64,000 nucleotides of DNA, taken from the human T2T-CHM13v2.0 reference genome, Homo sapiens. The stretch lies in assembly GCF_009914755.1 (NCBI RefSeq), contig NC_060939.1; one strand, 5' to 3'. This document shows positions 13,100-28,038 of this stretch, piece after piece (the first letter of the stretch is position 1; each line of letters starts with the position of its first letter). A program made the translations under genes and the position numbers. The notes under the pieces were generated by a model that did no database searches, was not told the origin of the DNA, and was given only the letters and a program-made list of their open reading frames with translations.

Positions 13100-15074
13100 C
13101 ACCCGAAGAGACAGAGTTACAAAGTTTCTGAAAAATTATCTTCAAATCGCATAAATCTTTCTTTCACACTAAGATAATATAAACAATAGATGTTGAAATT
13201 AAGACAATTTCCATGATTACTCACTTAGACAGAATAAATTATTGGCCATCACATAAGAAGAAAATATACAAGTCATAAACAAAATAGGGGCAATATTTAT
13301 ACAGGCAAACAAACAGTTAAATCATTATATTAACAAAAGACATAGGGATGGTTCATATTTGACTTCTGCCCCACACTGTCTTAATGCATACAGAGTTGAA
13401 TATTGTTATACAATATTATATTATACAAATTAAAACTTAAAACAATAAACTAATATAAGGTGCCCTACCCTAAAACATGAAACACAGAAATGTAAAATTG
13501 CAAAACAAAGTTAAAATAAACATTAACCCCCAAATTCTTATTTGAATAATGAAAATCAAAATCATAATAAATAGGTAGAAAGTAAAAACACAATTAACTG
13601 ATGTGAGACAGCCTACTGTAAAAAATACAGAAACATAAAATTATAAAACATAATTAAGAGAAACTTTAATCCATAAAATCCTGAATAAACATAGTGTCCA
13701 AATGAAAAAGAATCCTAGGTAACTACAATTTTTAACTCTTCCTGAGAATCTATGAAAATTATGAATTTTGAATTATTTGGATACAGTTAGGGCAACAACA
13801 TTTCAGAGAAAACACATTATAATTATTACAAAGAGCTGTGATGAGAAAGTTTTAAGGAATAAGCATTTAAGTAATACTAGAGAAAGTTTTAAATTATGCT
13901 ACTGATGCATTGCTGCTTTTCTTACACAAAACGGTAACGCTGTAATCTAGCTTTTAATTGAAAAGTCTTACATTTCTAAATATGGTAACAATATAAATAT
14001 TGTAAATACAGTATAAAACATTGACATATAAAATAAAAATTGGAAATAAATTGTACTATTAGTGAAATAAAAGTTGGGAAAACTGGAAGAAGATGCTAAT
14101 AGTAACATTGTGCCTAGAGACTATTAAACATACAAGCCAAATATTTTAATAAATTATAAATTATATAATTTATACATAATATATACATTTGAGCATGCTA
14201 TTTTACAACTTCTGAAAGGAAATTACAGACAAATGTGACACATGATAATTCAGAAAGTGAAAACACAGTCATAGTAATCTTCATATTAAAGAAGACAGAA
14301 TCATAAAATACTAAGTGAGAAATAAAGTAATAATTGTGAATTCAATATATGTTGAACAATATTCTAATTTCCCTTACGGAAAAAGTTTTTGTAAGAAATC
14401 AGTAAAATGAGTACATACAATAAACCATCCTACAGTAGAGGCTGTTGGCATATAGAGTTTACATTTCTATGATTAGGTCCTACTAAGAAAAAGGAAATTT
14501 TAAAATAAAATACTTAGACTTTCCTATTTAATAAGATAATTTTTGCCTATAAAGTTTTTCAGTCTAATTTTCTTGTAGAATTAGGTTTTAGCCGTCGTAA
14601 AACTTGACATTATGAAGCAGAAAACAGGTGTCATCTGTCTCTGGTGTTCCTGGAATTTCTAACCCAAATGCCAATTCCTCCACAACTCCCCTCACACACT
14701 TCTGAATTGAAGCACAACAGATTTATTAAAAATGGCATAACGGCGGTCTCCAGAAATGTGCAGAGATTTTCCCAGATCCCCAAAAGCAATGACAAACTAT
14801 TCAGATCATTTAGGTTCTCACAAGATACTGGGAGGACTTTGGCTTTCAGTGTGAATTCACTGGAAGATTCTAAGAGAGAGGGAGAGAGAGAGAATGTGTG
14901 TGTGTTGAAATCAGAACCCCACCTTATGTGTTTATTGTGGAAATTGAAAATGAAAGCCTAAAGTTGAAAATTAAAATCACAGATGATCGCACATTGCAAA
15001 CTCTTTTCTGTGCTAGATGGGTCGTTCTAGGGTGTAGGACCCTGGAAACACCGTTTTCCCCTCCTTCCGGAAAG

Positions 15075-18000
15075 AGCTACTCACACTGCTCAAAGCCTGC
15101 ATCCACATGTACCATGTCGAAGACCAGCTCAAGAGCCTGGACCCATATGCCACCTTCAGCAGGGTTGACTGCAGCTGCTTGTTCTTCCTGAGCATCTTCT
15201 CCAATGGTGACCTGAGAGTTGCGGGAGGCATTGGGGCCAGGATTGAACAGAGGAAAAAGGAGCATGGAGGCCAGGTGCTGAGGACCAGGCCATCTTACCT
15301 GGAGAGTTCTGGCCCTGAGACATCCAGACCAACATGACGTTTAGGTGCAGACAGCTGGCCCTGGGTGGCCCTGTGCTGATCACCGGCCTCGGCCCCTCAA
15401 ACAGTGGGAAATGGAAGAATGGCTTGGAAATGGGCCCTGTCGACAGTGTGTCACCTGAGCACATTCTCCCAGGGGCCCAAGAGGGCCATTGTGTCTCTAG
15501 AACCAGAACTGGAAGGTGAAACTGCCAGGGGGAACAAGGAAGACGGTCCTCAGTTGGGTGGAGGGTCTCACAGCAAGACGCCTGGCTTAATCAAGCTTGG
15601 CCATTCCTGAAGCATGTTCAGTGACTAAAAGTGCCTAACATGAGCAGCTGGAACAGACTCTCTGAGAGCTGCAAGATGCATGGGGACCTCAAGTACCTGT
15701 TTGTAATTACAGCCAAGGACCAGCAGGCAGCATTACTGCATCCACATGGGCTTTTGCTGGAACCAGTAAGTCTCTGCCAGCCCCTCCCAGGCTCCTGGGA
15801 TGCCACTTGTTCTGGGTCTGTGGACAGATAAACAGGACACTTACTCAGTGAAGCCCATCGCTCAACCCCAGCCCCACCATACCCTGTTTCCTAAGCCATT
15901 CCTCATCCCAGAAGGAAAGGCAATGCCTTTGTCCCACAGCCCCTGCCTTGTGTCATCTCATGTGGGGGTATGGAATGAACCCGTCAGCCTAAACTCCAGT
16001 CCTTCTGCCTCAGGAATCTGTCCCCGCTGTCTGAGTCGCCCTCTAGGGAGCTGTCAGTGGGATAAAGAGCAGCCCTGGAAGAGAGGCCCACCTTCTTCTG
16101 TTTGACTTCAGGACAGCCTTTCAGGGCAAGAACCCAGAGCAGATGGAGGCCTCACAGAAGGCTGTGGCAGGGCTCTCGGCTTGGTGGGCTAAGCATCTCC
16201 CTCTCTGATGACTGCCATGGGGCCCACAACCACTCATTCAAGAGGGTCACCACCACATTGCAGGTGTTCAGCTGGACGGTTCCCCAGGCAGAGCCTGCCA
16301 TGGACTGCATGCACACAGAGGATGCACACCTTGAAGTTGGACAATGAGGAGAACATTCCTGAAGAGGTGCATGCAGCCTGGCCCTGCCCTCACTGGGAAC
16401 CCCCTTCCATCTGGGTACTAGACAGAATTCTGTGCACTTTTCTGGAGGCTCCATGCTGGTCTGTTCATTTGGAAGTTTGATGCTGTCCGTGAGGAAGTAA
16501 CAAAAGAGATATCTCAGAGCAGGTTGTGGGGCACAGGCTGAGAGATTTTCTCCCTCCCTAGTCCCTCTGCAGACACGGGGCTGGAACAAGGACCTGTGGA
16601 TAATGAGGGAACTTCTCTTCGAGAACCGGCCTGAGCAGCTGCTTCAAGAAAGAGCCACATTAAAGTGCCTATAGCCCCTGATGAGGGAATGGTAGCCTCA
16701 GGCCCGCCTGCCATGTGTGAGCAGGTTTTCTTGCTATCAGGATGAAAGCAAAGAAAGCTGGAATGAGCCCAGCCCTCTCAGGCACCTTGAAGACTGTTGG
16801 GGTTCCTTCCAGCCCTTCTAGCCTTATGCTTTTTGGCAGGCCACTCAGGCACCTTTTTCCAGCCTCTGAGACTTCCATGCTCTGGAAGAAGAGGGTCCCA
16901 CTTTTCACTAGGCTATGGGGCCAGGCCCATCCAGCTCCCGGCTGCCACTAACAACCATGGGGCTCTCACCTGGGCACACACTGCCCAAACATGGACCTTC
17001 TAAGGCAGAAGATCATGTGTCTTGCAGTTCCAGCTTTCTAGGGCTTAAAAGTTATCAGTGCTGTTATTAAGATAGGGAAGTGAGAAAGGAAAACTTGCTG
17101 TAAAAGTTTCCCATAATCTTACCACGGAGATCTTCAGCACAGATGACAGCACAGGCAGGGCTGCTGGGGAGGCTGAGGGAGAGTGTCCAGCCTGTTCTGC
17201 CAGCTGGTCCTTGCCAGGGGTGTCTCGTGACCCAGTCCCTTAGAGAAGCATGCAGATATCTCAGCAAGTATCTGGAAGGTGCAGATCAGGGCAACCCAGC
17301 ACTACTGATGGTGGAGTGGGCCTACCTCCCATCAAGCTGTGTCTCCACAGCTGACCCTTGTAACCAGGAGGTGTTTTACAACATGTGCAAGGCAGTGAGC
17401 CCCATCAGCTGTGTGGCATTCAACACTCACTTCAACTCGGACATCTCACCAGAAAGCAGTGGGGACTGGCCAATGCAGAAGCCTGCAAAGTGGAACAGAG
17501 CGTCATGGGGTGGGGGATGTGGGGCCTGCCTGCTCATCTGAGCACTGCTCCCTGAGGGTGTGATCTGCAGGCTTCCTGAAGGAGGGCTGTGAGCTCTTCT
17601 GCGAGGCCCTGAGCCTGTGGAACATGGCTGAGGCCAAGCCCATGGGGATTTGTGTCTACTTGCACCTCCTTGCTCATCTCAGTACACTACAGGTGACTGT
17701 GCCGAGGTGGGCCTTGAGCATCCCCTGGGCTGTGTTAGCAAAGGGCTCTGGGTCTGGCCTGGCATTGAGGGATGGCAAATAAGGGGCCTGGGGTTGCATT
17801 GTCACCCCCTATGGTAGCATAAAATGACAGAGTCCAGACCTGCAGGACTGGAACCCTAACAAAGGGGTTAGGAGGCTGCTCACTTTCCCTCAGGGACCCA
17901 TGTGGAGGAGCTGAGGGAGGTTAAGGAGACCCTAGGGACTCACTTGTTCTGTCTGGGCTTCCCTCTGCTCCATCGTTTGATGACCATTTTTTGGGAAGAG

Positions 18001-19660
18001 CTCAGGAACCTCCTGTGCTCTAGTGAGACGGGGCCTCCCCTCACAGGGTATTCTGAGACTGTGAGTGAGAAGCTAACACAGTGCCTTGCAATACTCACGG
18101 GAGCTGTCATCCTCTGTGACCATCACGTGGCCTTGTAGTGTTCAGACTGCCTGGCCTGCCTGGGGTTTGGTGAGGCTGTTTTGTGGTCAGCTGCTTTAGA
18201 AGCTCACTTTCCCTGCAATCAAACAGTGACTGTTTTCATGTCTGTTTATGGGTTTAAAAAATCCTAATATTTCCTTTATAGTAGTTCAGCTTGTATGTGT
18301 TTATTTGTATAAATTTTATTAGAGTAAAGAGAGCTTAAGACAATAGCATTTTAAGGTCTTAATGGGGCATAGACTTTCATGTCACAACAGCTATTGTTGA
18401 CCTCCTTTTGCTGCCTTTGTGTAAATTACACATAAAAAGTGCAACCAGAGGTGACTAGAGCTGAGCTGCTTGGGCTTGCTTGCTGGCCTGCAGTCAGGTG
18501 GACTCTGGCTGTGAGGCAGTGCCCACCCTGGATCTACATCCCCCACCCCCTCTCCTAAGACCCTGAGTAACCAACAAGGCCGTGCTAATGAGAGGGCGAG
18601 TGATGGGCATCGGGCACCCCAATACTATCCGGGAAGATTTGAATGCCATCTGGGCTGGAGCTGTTGGGATTACGGGCTGTGGCTGTCTTGGCTTGTCATG
18701 GTGCCACCCACAGATGTGCCTGCCCTGTGCTGCTTCTCCAGAAGCCGGCTGCCCATGGCCCTGAGCCTGTCACACCATGCTTGCTACCTCATGCTGCTTG
18801 TGTTTGAAAAACCCATCCCGAGATGACGCTGCTGGATGTAAGTCCTGAAAAGAGGGCATCACCTTTGTCCTGGGGGATTAGGAGCTGACCAGATTCCTCT
18901 TGACTCCCTCCCAGAACAAGTGGGGCAGGTGCTGCAATTAATGTTGCCCCCTAGAAGATGTGTTTGCACTGGCTGAGCAAATATACGATGCAGAGACCTA
19001 AATGAAGACACGTGAATGGGGTGTGTGGACATCAGTTAGTAGCTGGGAAACAGGTGCCTCTCAGGCGTCTCGTGTTCCAGCAAGTGTGGAATATGCCTGT
19101 GCCCATGAGTGTAGACATCTGAAGTGTATACATTTGGCTGCTGCTTTTGCTGCCACTATTCCCAGGCCCAACCTGGCTTAAAGTCCAGGTTTTAAGTAAA
19201 AAGTAAGAGGCTTTTTGCCATACAGCTACTTGAGAGGCTGAGGTGAAAGCATTACTGGAGCCTAAGAGATTGAGGCTGCAGTGACTCATGATTCAGCCAC
19301 TGCACTGACACAGTGAGACCTGCGTGTGCCCTTCTACAGAGAATAGCTCTGGGGCATTTGGGGATCCCTACAGTCCCGGACCCTCCCTGTCCCCTGCTGC
19401 CTGTGCTCCTTTCCTTGCCTGCTGTCAGAGCCTAACATGGAGGCGGTTGCCACCCTGTGAGCCTGAGGGAGCTGTGTCTGACTGGAACTTCTGTCTGAGG
19501 TTTTGCGAAGTCTTACTTATGAATATGGTCTGTCCAGATACCTTGTTTCAAAGGAAGTGAGCATGAGCTAGCAAGTGTAGCCACCCCACAGCTGATAAAC
19601 AACTTTGTCTTGTTTTTAAATCATCAATCTTCATTTCACATTGGAATAAAGTAAGTGAAA
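15075..19660 (+). pseudogene. CLUHP: Unprocessed (duplicated) CLUH/KIAA0664 pseudogene fragment
   Basis: Exon remnants match remembered CLUH. 15075-15218 HVEDQLKSLDPYATFSRVDC (CLUH: [20 protein letters not shown]). 15401-15515 SGKWKNGLEMGPVDSVSPEHILPG. 15613-15765 MHGDLKYLFVITAKD. ~16220-16366 [16 protein letters not shown]. 16573-16664 TRGWNKDLWIMREL..LLQERA. 17351-17452 ADPCNQEVFYNMCKAV. 17571-17706 GFLKEGCELFCEAL. 18560-18639 VMGIGHPNTI. 18714-18837 YLMLLVF..HPEMTLLD. Introns are retained, there are frameshifts and broken splice sites, and AATAAA lies at 19645. The CLUHP paralog number cannot be determined. Confidence 0.93.
19222..19320 (+). mobile_element. Alu right-arm fragment
   Basis: agctacttgagaggctgagg ... 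gaggctgcagtgactcatgattcagccactgcact. Confidence 0.8.
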
Positions 19661-21074
19661 CCTGCTACCCGAGCCTCGCCCGTGTGTTCTGTAACCCAGA
19701 CTCATGTGGTTGTGTGGGCTGTTGTCAGAAATGTTATAAAAAGGTTATGCATAAATTAGATCAAATATAAAATTATGCTTATAATGTCACTTGAGTGAGA
19801 GGTAAGAGGGTAGAGTCACAGGAAATCTGTTGGGGTTTACACCCCTGCTACTTACCAAGCTCATGAGAGTGTGGCACTGGTGACCATCACCTGACATTGG
19901 TGACAGAAGAGAAAAGGCCGAAGTGAAGGCCAGGTAGGAGAGAGGTGCCAGGCTGTGGGGCCAGGCCCTGCGCATGCTGGGCCTGTTAGGTCACTGAACA
20001 TCTAACTACCCGGGAACCAGCTCTTTTCACATCATTTGAGGTAAGACGATGGGGGAGCACTCTCCAGAAGTCACCCTGCGCTGGGAGAATGGAGGAGAGT
20101 CTACATACCGCCATCTTAGGGTAGGTTTTAGATTGAGCTGAACTGTCTTGGAGAGCTAATGAGATGGGAGGAAGACAGTCCCCCAGGTGCACCTAACAGC
20201 CAGAGCCTATGAAGTTAGGGGGGTTGTGTGGGGGTGGCCTTTCCCTATAAGAGGAGGAGCTTAAAGCTCTTAAAGCTGGTGGCTGCTGCTCTGCCATCCC
20301 TCTACAGAGCAGTCAAGTCCTCAGCTGCAAGAATATCTGAATGTCTTTTGGAGTGTTAGAGTCCTCTGTGTCTTAGAAATTTTGAAAAGAAAAACAAATC
20401 TCAATATTAATGTTGATTAGTTTCTCTGAGCCAATTGGGGAAAATAAACGTCCTTCACCTCAAAGGTTTAAGTGACACCGAAGGGTAGCCACCAGTGTCT
20501 CGGCCACTGAAGCCTCATGCATGCTCTCACTACCAGTTTGATTTGCAGCCCCATAGTTGTGTTGTACTAAATATTCTTTCCTCTGGCCTTGTCCAGTGAA
20601 CACGGTTCACATGGCTAACACCACTTCTTGAGATGCGAGCACCATGCAAAGCTGAGAACGGATTGGGTTTTGTGACCATTGTGCCTCCTCCTCACCTGAG
20701 AGGCCCATTTTTCCTGGTTGATTCATTAAGTGTATTGGTGCTGTCAGTCGCCTCTGGACAATTCAAATGACAAGTGGCTGTTGATTCATAAAGAAAATGA
20801 AGGCTTTAGATGTGAAACCCTCGTTTTCTCTTGTCCTTCTCTTAGGTGAAAGATTTTATTTTTTTCAAAAGGCTACATACTGGTATCCCAGCAGGTGTAG
20901 TGTGAGAACTGGCATATGTTAGGCTATGGTGTCAGTGTGGATGGGCAATTCTTCAAGATGGAAAACCAAGTCTCACTGAGTTGCTGGAGCCACACTGACC
21001 TTTCTCCACATCCCCCACCATGGGCTTTCACTTTTCTCCTGTGCTTGAATTTTTTTCACATACAAATTCTTTAT

Positions 21075-21360
21075 ACACACACACAGACACACACACACAT
21101 ATCTCACTCTGTCAATGCAGTGGCTGAATCATGGGTCACTGCATCTTCAAATTCTTAGGCTCCAGTGATGCTTTCAAATCAGCCTCTCAAGTAGCTGGGA
21201 CTACAGGCATGCAAAGCTACACCCAGACAATTTTTAAATATTTTTCTAGAGACTGAGCCTACTTATGTTGCTCAGACTCGTCTTGCACTCCTGGGATCAA
21301 GCGATAATCCCACCTTGGCCACCCAAAGTGTTTAGATTACAGGTGTGAGCTAGCACTCTC
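21075..21360 (-). mobile_element. Old Alu with a (CA)n tail
   Basis: CA run at 21075-21100 followed by a diverged antisense Alu. Confidence 0.85.
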
Positions 21361-22224
21361 AGCAAAAATATATTTTAAAGAACCGTTACAACCAAATTAT
21401 GAGTTATCATTATGCCACTGCCCTCCACCCTGGGCACCAGAACAAGACCTTGTATCCAAAAACTAAGCAAAACTAAACAAGAACAAAAAAAAAAACAACT
21501 TATAAATAAACTTTGAAGATTGTGTCATCTGTGTCCTTCCCTGCCCTCCAAGCTATCAATGTTAAATATAATGGTTATTGAGAAAATGGTTAGATATTAC
21601 TAAGAAATTTCTATATATCTTCCAGCTGAGAATAGGTATTCTGATGTGGCCCAAATATTTTCTCACCGCTACCTTCAGGGTCTAAACTAGCAAATCAGGA
21701 CACCTGCAGAGGACAGTTGGCCATTTTCAAATAGAAAGAGAAATACCCCGGTTCATGAGAGTAATCCAGTGATTTTCAAAAAGACAAGTCAGACTGACAT
21801 GCAGCGCAGTCAGGCCACAATTACCCTGGAATAATCACTTCACACAGAATGGTTGAGGAGACTTTCTAAGATGAGCAAATTTGGGCAGCATAATCCTTGC
21901 TTATTTATTCCCAGCCCCCACTGCCCGCCTGATTCCTAATGGCTACCCTACAATGTGGTCAGCAGTGGGATGTAGCGTGGTGAGAGAGGGGCTCAGGGAT
22001 GGGATGAAGGTCTTTCCTGCATTATCAAAATGCAGGTTAAAAAGTTGTTAAAAAGATGTCCAAATGTTCTAATTCCTACTGTTAAATAGCTGCTAAGATG
22101 CATTATACAACAGACCCAGGTAAGGGAAAGAGCATGTGCATTTCAAGTCTCAGCTCACTTCTTAATTAGCTGTGATACTCTGGGCAGGTGACCCCAACTA
22201 TACGAGCCTGTGTGCCTGTCAACC

Positions 22225-24115
<1,891 letters not shown>

Positions 24116-24134
24116 CAAAAATGCACTAAGGCTG

Positions 24135-24460
24135 AGGGGGAGTGGGGGTAGGGGCAGGAGTCAGGCGGGGGTGGGTGAGTCCTGGAGTTTTATCCAGTCA
24201 TTGACACTGATGTGGGAACAGCCCAATCAGGCGCGCAGTTGGAGAGGACAGGAGAGGAGGGCGTGGCTTCTGGCGTTTGGCGGGTCTTTGTCTCTCGCTG
24301 GCGCTGGCACAGGAACTTGGGATCCGTCTCCTCTTTCGCCTCCTCCGCTTTGGGAGCCCCGGGCTACTCTTTCACAGCCCCTGTTGCCCTGTGATCTGTA
24401 GGTCCTTGGGGACGCACAGTTAAGATGACAGGACATCCTGGAAGCTGGGAAATGGTGAGT
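24135..24460 (+). promoter_or_regulatory. KRAB-ZNF-type CpG-rich promoter and first exon
   Basis: G-rich tract at 24135-24176, CCAAT at 24223 and a GC box gggcgtggc at ~24260. The exon ends ATGACAGGACATCCTGGAAGCTGGGAAATG|GTGAGT (MTGHPGSWEM, donor at 24455), as in first exons of ZNF91-related KRAB-ZNF genes (MPG(H/P)PGS(W/L)EM). Confidence 0.8.
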
Positions 24461-25749
24461 ATACGGGGTTCGGCATCCCGAGAGGGGAGAGCAGGCTGTG
24501 AAACCGGCAGGACCGGCCTCCCCACGGTTAGCTCCGAGTCTCCCGCAGCTTGGCCCTCAGTCCCCTGTGGCTGCAAGATGGCCGCTGGGCCAGCATCGAG
24601 GACCCCCACATCCGGCCTGGCCCATCCGGTGCTGTCCCTGGGCAGCGCCCTGCTCTGCGCCCACAGCCATGAGTATTTCCCAGATTGTTCAGGGAGGCCT
24701 GGTGGGTCATCAGGGAAAAACTGCCACTGGGTGTTTGCGTGGGAGGAGCTGCGGCCCGTGGGGTCCCCAGTCTCTCTTGTTAAAAATTAAGGGGAGTCTA
24801 TGTTAAAACGTTAACCAGTTTATCTGAACAAACAGTGATTGGTGAAATGGAAAGCACCCAGCCATGATTTCTGGTCCACCAGAGGGGCATAAAGGAAAGG
24901 CTTTCATAAGATGCATGAGAAAGCAGCCCAAATTCAAAAATTGGTTCCAGTTATGTAGTCACCTTATTTGAACTATCCAGATGGAAATGTCCTGGTTACA
25001 TATTCAGAGGTTAATTGCATGTTTGCCATTGGTTAAACGTGCACTTTGTTTCAGGCTAAGATAATGCTTTATAGGAAATGTATTTGAGTTAGGTTTTAGT
25101 TTTTGTTTTTTTTTTTTTAACCTATGAACCCAGGACACTAGAGCCACTTTAGTCTAATTTTCTGCTCTTTAATTATTTTAACACTCCAGAGGAGGACTGG
25201 TTTTCTCCTGTGTTTTTTTAATATATGGCAAGTGGAACCTCTAATCGACCACCCTGTTTTTCAGCCTAACTCAGGCTTGTGGTAAAATTATCAGTTCCCA
25301 CTTTCTTTGCTGCATTCTCAAATGCAACACAGGAGAACAGCTTTCCCTTGCAAATTCACAATGCTGTTAACTATTTGTCCTTTATTATACATTTCATTAA
25401 AGTTTTCTATTATTGGATTTCTTTCTACTTCTCCCTACAGTTCTGCCCATATTTGCTTTTTATATTTAGAAGCCTCCCTTTTGGGTGCATAAATATATAT
25501 AGCTATATTCACTTGACAAATTAACGTCTATTATTATTGTATGGTAAACTCATTTCATGCTTGTGAGAGACATTGCTAGAAAGTCTATTTTGTCTAATTT
25601 AAGCATAACTACCATTGAACTCCTTTGGCTATTATTTGCATGGAATATCATTTTCTATCCTTTCACTTTTAGCCTATGCTCTTAATTCATAATTGAGTCT
25701 CTTGTAAGCAGCATATTACGAGGTTTAAAAGTTTCATTTATCCACTCTG

Positions 25750-26110
25750 TCTGCTTTAGTCTCTTTTGGCTGTTATAACAGAATATCACAGACTGGTAAT
25801 TAATAAAGAACAGAATTTTATTTGACTCATGATTCTGGAGGCTGGGAAGGTAAAAGAACATGTTACTGGTATCTGTTGAAGGTCTAGTTGCTGGATAATA
25901 ACATGGCCAAAGATGTGAGGGAGAGACAGCTTTTTTTTTTTTAATATATAACAGATCTATTCTTGTTAAAATTAGCCCATTCCCATAATAAGAACATTAA
26001 TCCATTCATGAGGGCAGAGTGCTTATAGCTTAATTAATTTTTAAAGGTTCCACCTCTTAATTCTATCACATTGGCCATTTTATCCTAAATTTTGGAGATG
26101 ACATTCAGTC
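25750..26110 (-). mobile_element. MaLR LTR (MST/MLT1A-like) within old L1 sequence
   Basis: ggctgttataacagaatatcacagactgg ... gactcatgattctggaggctgggaag ... cattaatccattcatgagggcagag. Confidence 0.75.
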
Positions 26111-26259
26111 TACAGAAGTATCTGTTTAGTAGATAATTTAATCTTTTTATTTGTAAGGTAGTGATAGGTAAGCAGTTACTATTGTACATTTGTAGTTTTC
26201 TGTCCATTTTAAGTTTGCTTCTTTTTTTTCTGGTTCTGTCTTTCCTGTGGTATTGTTCA

Positions 26260-26480
26260 TTTTTGTTGAGACAAAGTTATGCTTTCTTGCTCAGACTGAA
26301 GTTCAGTGGCATATCACAGCTCACTGTAGCCTCAATCTCCTGGGCTCAAGCAATCCTCCCCCCTTAGCCACCCAAGTAGCTTGGACTACTTGGACACGTA
26401 CCACAACACCCAAGGAGCTTATGATTCTTCCACCTTGGCCTCCAAAAGTGTTGGAATTATAAGCAGGAGCCACTGTGTCC
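26260..26480 (-). mobile_element. Degenerate AluJ with an internal deletion
   Basis: cagctcactgtagcctcaatctcctgggctcaagcaatcctcc ... ccaccttggcctccaaaagtgttgg. Confidence 0.85.
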
Positions 26481-27735
26481 AATGTGTAATTTTTGTTGTT
26501 TGTGTATGCTTTAATTACTTTCTCTTTTTCTTTACTATGTTTTTTTTTTCCCCAGTGGTTATCATGAGACTTATGTAAAACCTCTTGTATTTTAATAGTC
26601 TAGTTTAAGATGATAACAATTTAGAGTATTCTGAATTTCAGTATGTATTTACCATTTTTAGTGACATTTATACTTTAGTATTTTTCATATTGTTAGTTAG
26701 CATTTCATCATATCAATGTGAAGATTTCTTCCAGACCATGGCTGGAGAAGGAAAGAAGGTGTGTTTTGCCTGATTCAGGGACTATAGAGAGAACCAAGTT
26801 CTGCAGGCCTGTCACCTAAGTCTCAGATGAGTATGAATTCTTTTGTGTTTTTCACAGATTTTTGCAGTGGCAGGACCAAGTTCAAATGAGTCATAGCCAA
26901 GTTTACAGTAAGATGTGGTAGTATTCTGTTTTGAACCGAGGACCATGATTGGCAAGCTTGCCACTTGGTCAAGTGCTTACCCTCTAAAGATGTCTTCCTT
27001 GGTCTTTGCCTCCAGCTGGGTGTCACAAACTCTGAACTGGATTCTAAGGCTTTCATGAATGCACTTATGTTTCCCGTGGCAGCTGCATTATGTTGTGGGG
27101 GATGTGCATGCCGAACCTCCCATTCTGTCGTCTTGCTTATGTTACTCTCCTTTATGTTTCACTTTCTCAAATGAATGTCAAGCTGGTGATTTTTAGATTC
27201 AAAAATTCTAAAATAAATTGCTCAAATTTCCACATTATGTAAGCTATTAATAAAATGTCTTGTAGGTGCTACATATTTATTAAAATTTTTGGTTGTAATT
27301 TTAAGCTCACTGCAGGCAGAAAGGAATCATTAACATTTATATTCTTTTTTTTAGTCTGTATCTAAATGATGGTATATTTTAATTCCAGATATTTTCTTTA
27401 TACTGCAGTAATGCTCGTCATATTTTGCAAAATTTATGTTGTTCTTTTATTTGGAAATATAAGGCTTTTTTAGCTCCTGAAATCTATATTATAGTCATAT
27501 AATTTTATTATGTTTTGTGGTAAGAAGTGCAGCAACATATTGAGAACATAATAAAATTATCCTGTATTTTTAATGATTATTTATTAAATTCCTCTCATTA
27601 GAGCCTGTTATTAATGATTGTAATGTATTTTCTGTATAATTTTACTGCAATTTATTAAATTCTAATGACTTAAATTGTCTGCTTTTCATGAGTGCACACA
27701 GTTGAATGCTGTAGATATCTAAAGAATTATTTTTC

Positions 27736-28038
27736 GGCCGGTTGTGGTGGCTCATGCCTGTATTCCCAGCACCTTGGGAGGCCAAGGCGGGTGGATCACG
27801 AGGTCAGGAGATCGAGACAACCCTGACTAACATGGTGAAACCCCGTCTCTACTAAATATACAAAAAATTAGCCGGGCATAGTGGCAGGCGCCTGTATCCC
27901 CAGCTACTCAGGAGGCTGAGGCAGGAGAATGGCGTGAACTCAGTGGACAGAGTTTGCAGTGAGCCGAGATCGCGCCACTGCACTCCAGCCTGGGCAACAG
28001 GGCAAGACTCTGTCTCAAAAAAAAAATAAAAAAAAAAA
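27736..28038 (+). mobile_element. AluY
   Basis: Diagnostic gaggtcaggagatcgagac and ggagaatggcgtgaac motifs, plus an A tail. Confidence 0.9.

Noticed and set aside
15000-18800. Dense overlapping ORFs suggesting an intact gene
   Set aside because: They are explained by GC-rich CLUH pseudo-exons and introns with frameshifts and broken splice sites.
20217-20300. G-rich tract plus a TATA-like cctataagagg as a promoter
   Set aside because: There is no CpG enrichment or clear downstream first exon, and such motifs occur often by chance.
20330-21840. Faint similarity to 58000-58330 and 61900-62770 (e.g. ggacacctgcag, ggaataatca, tgtgtcatctgt)
   Set aside because: Only short scattered words match and the order is inconsistent. 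A dot-plot would be needed to support a second duplication.
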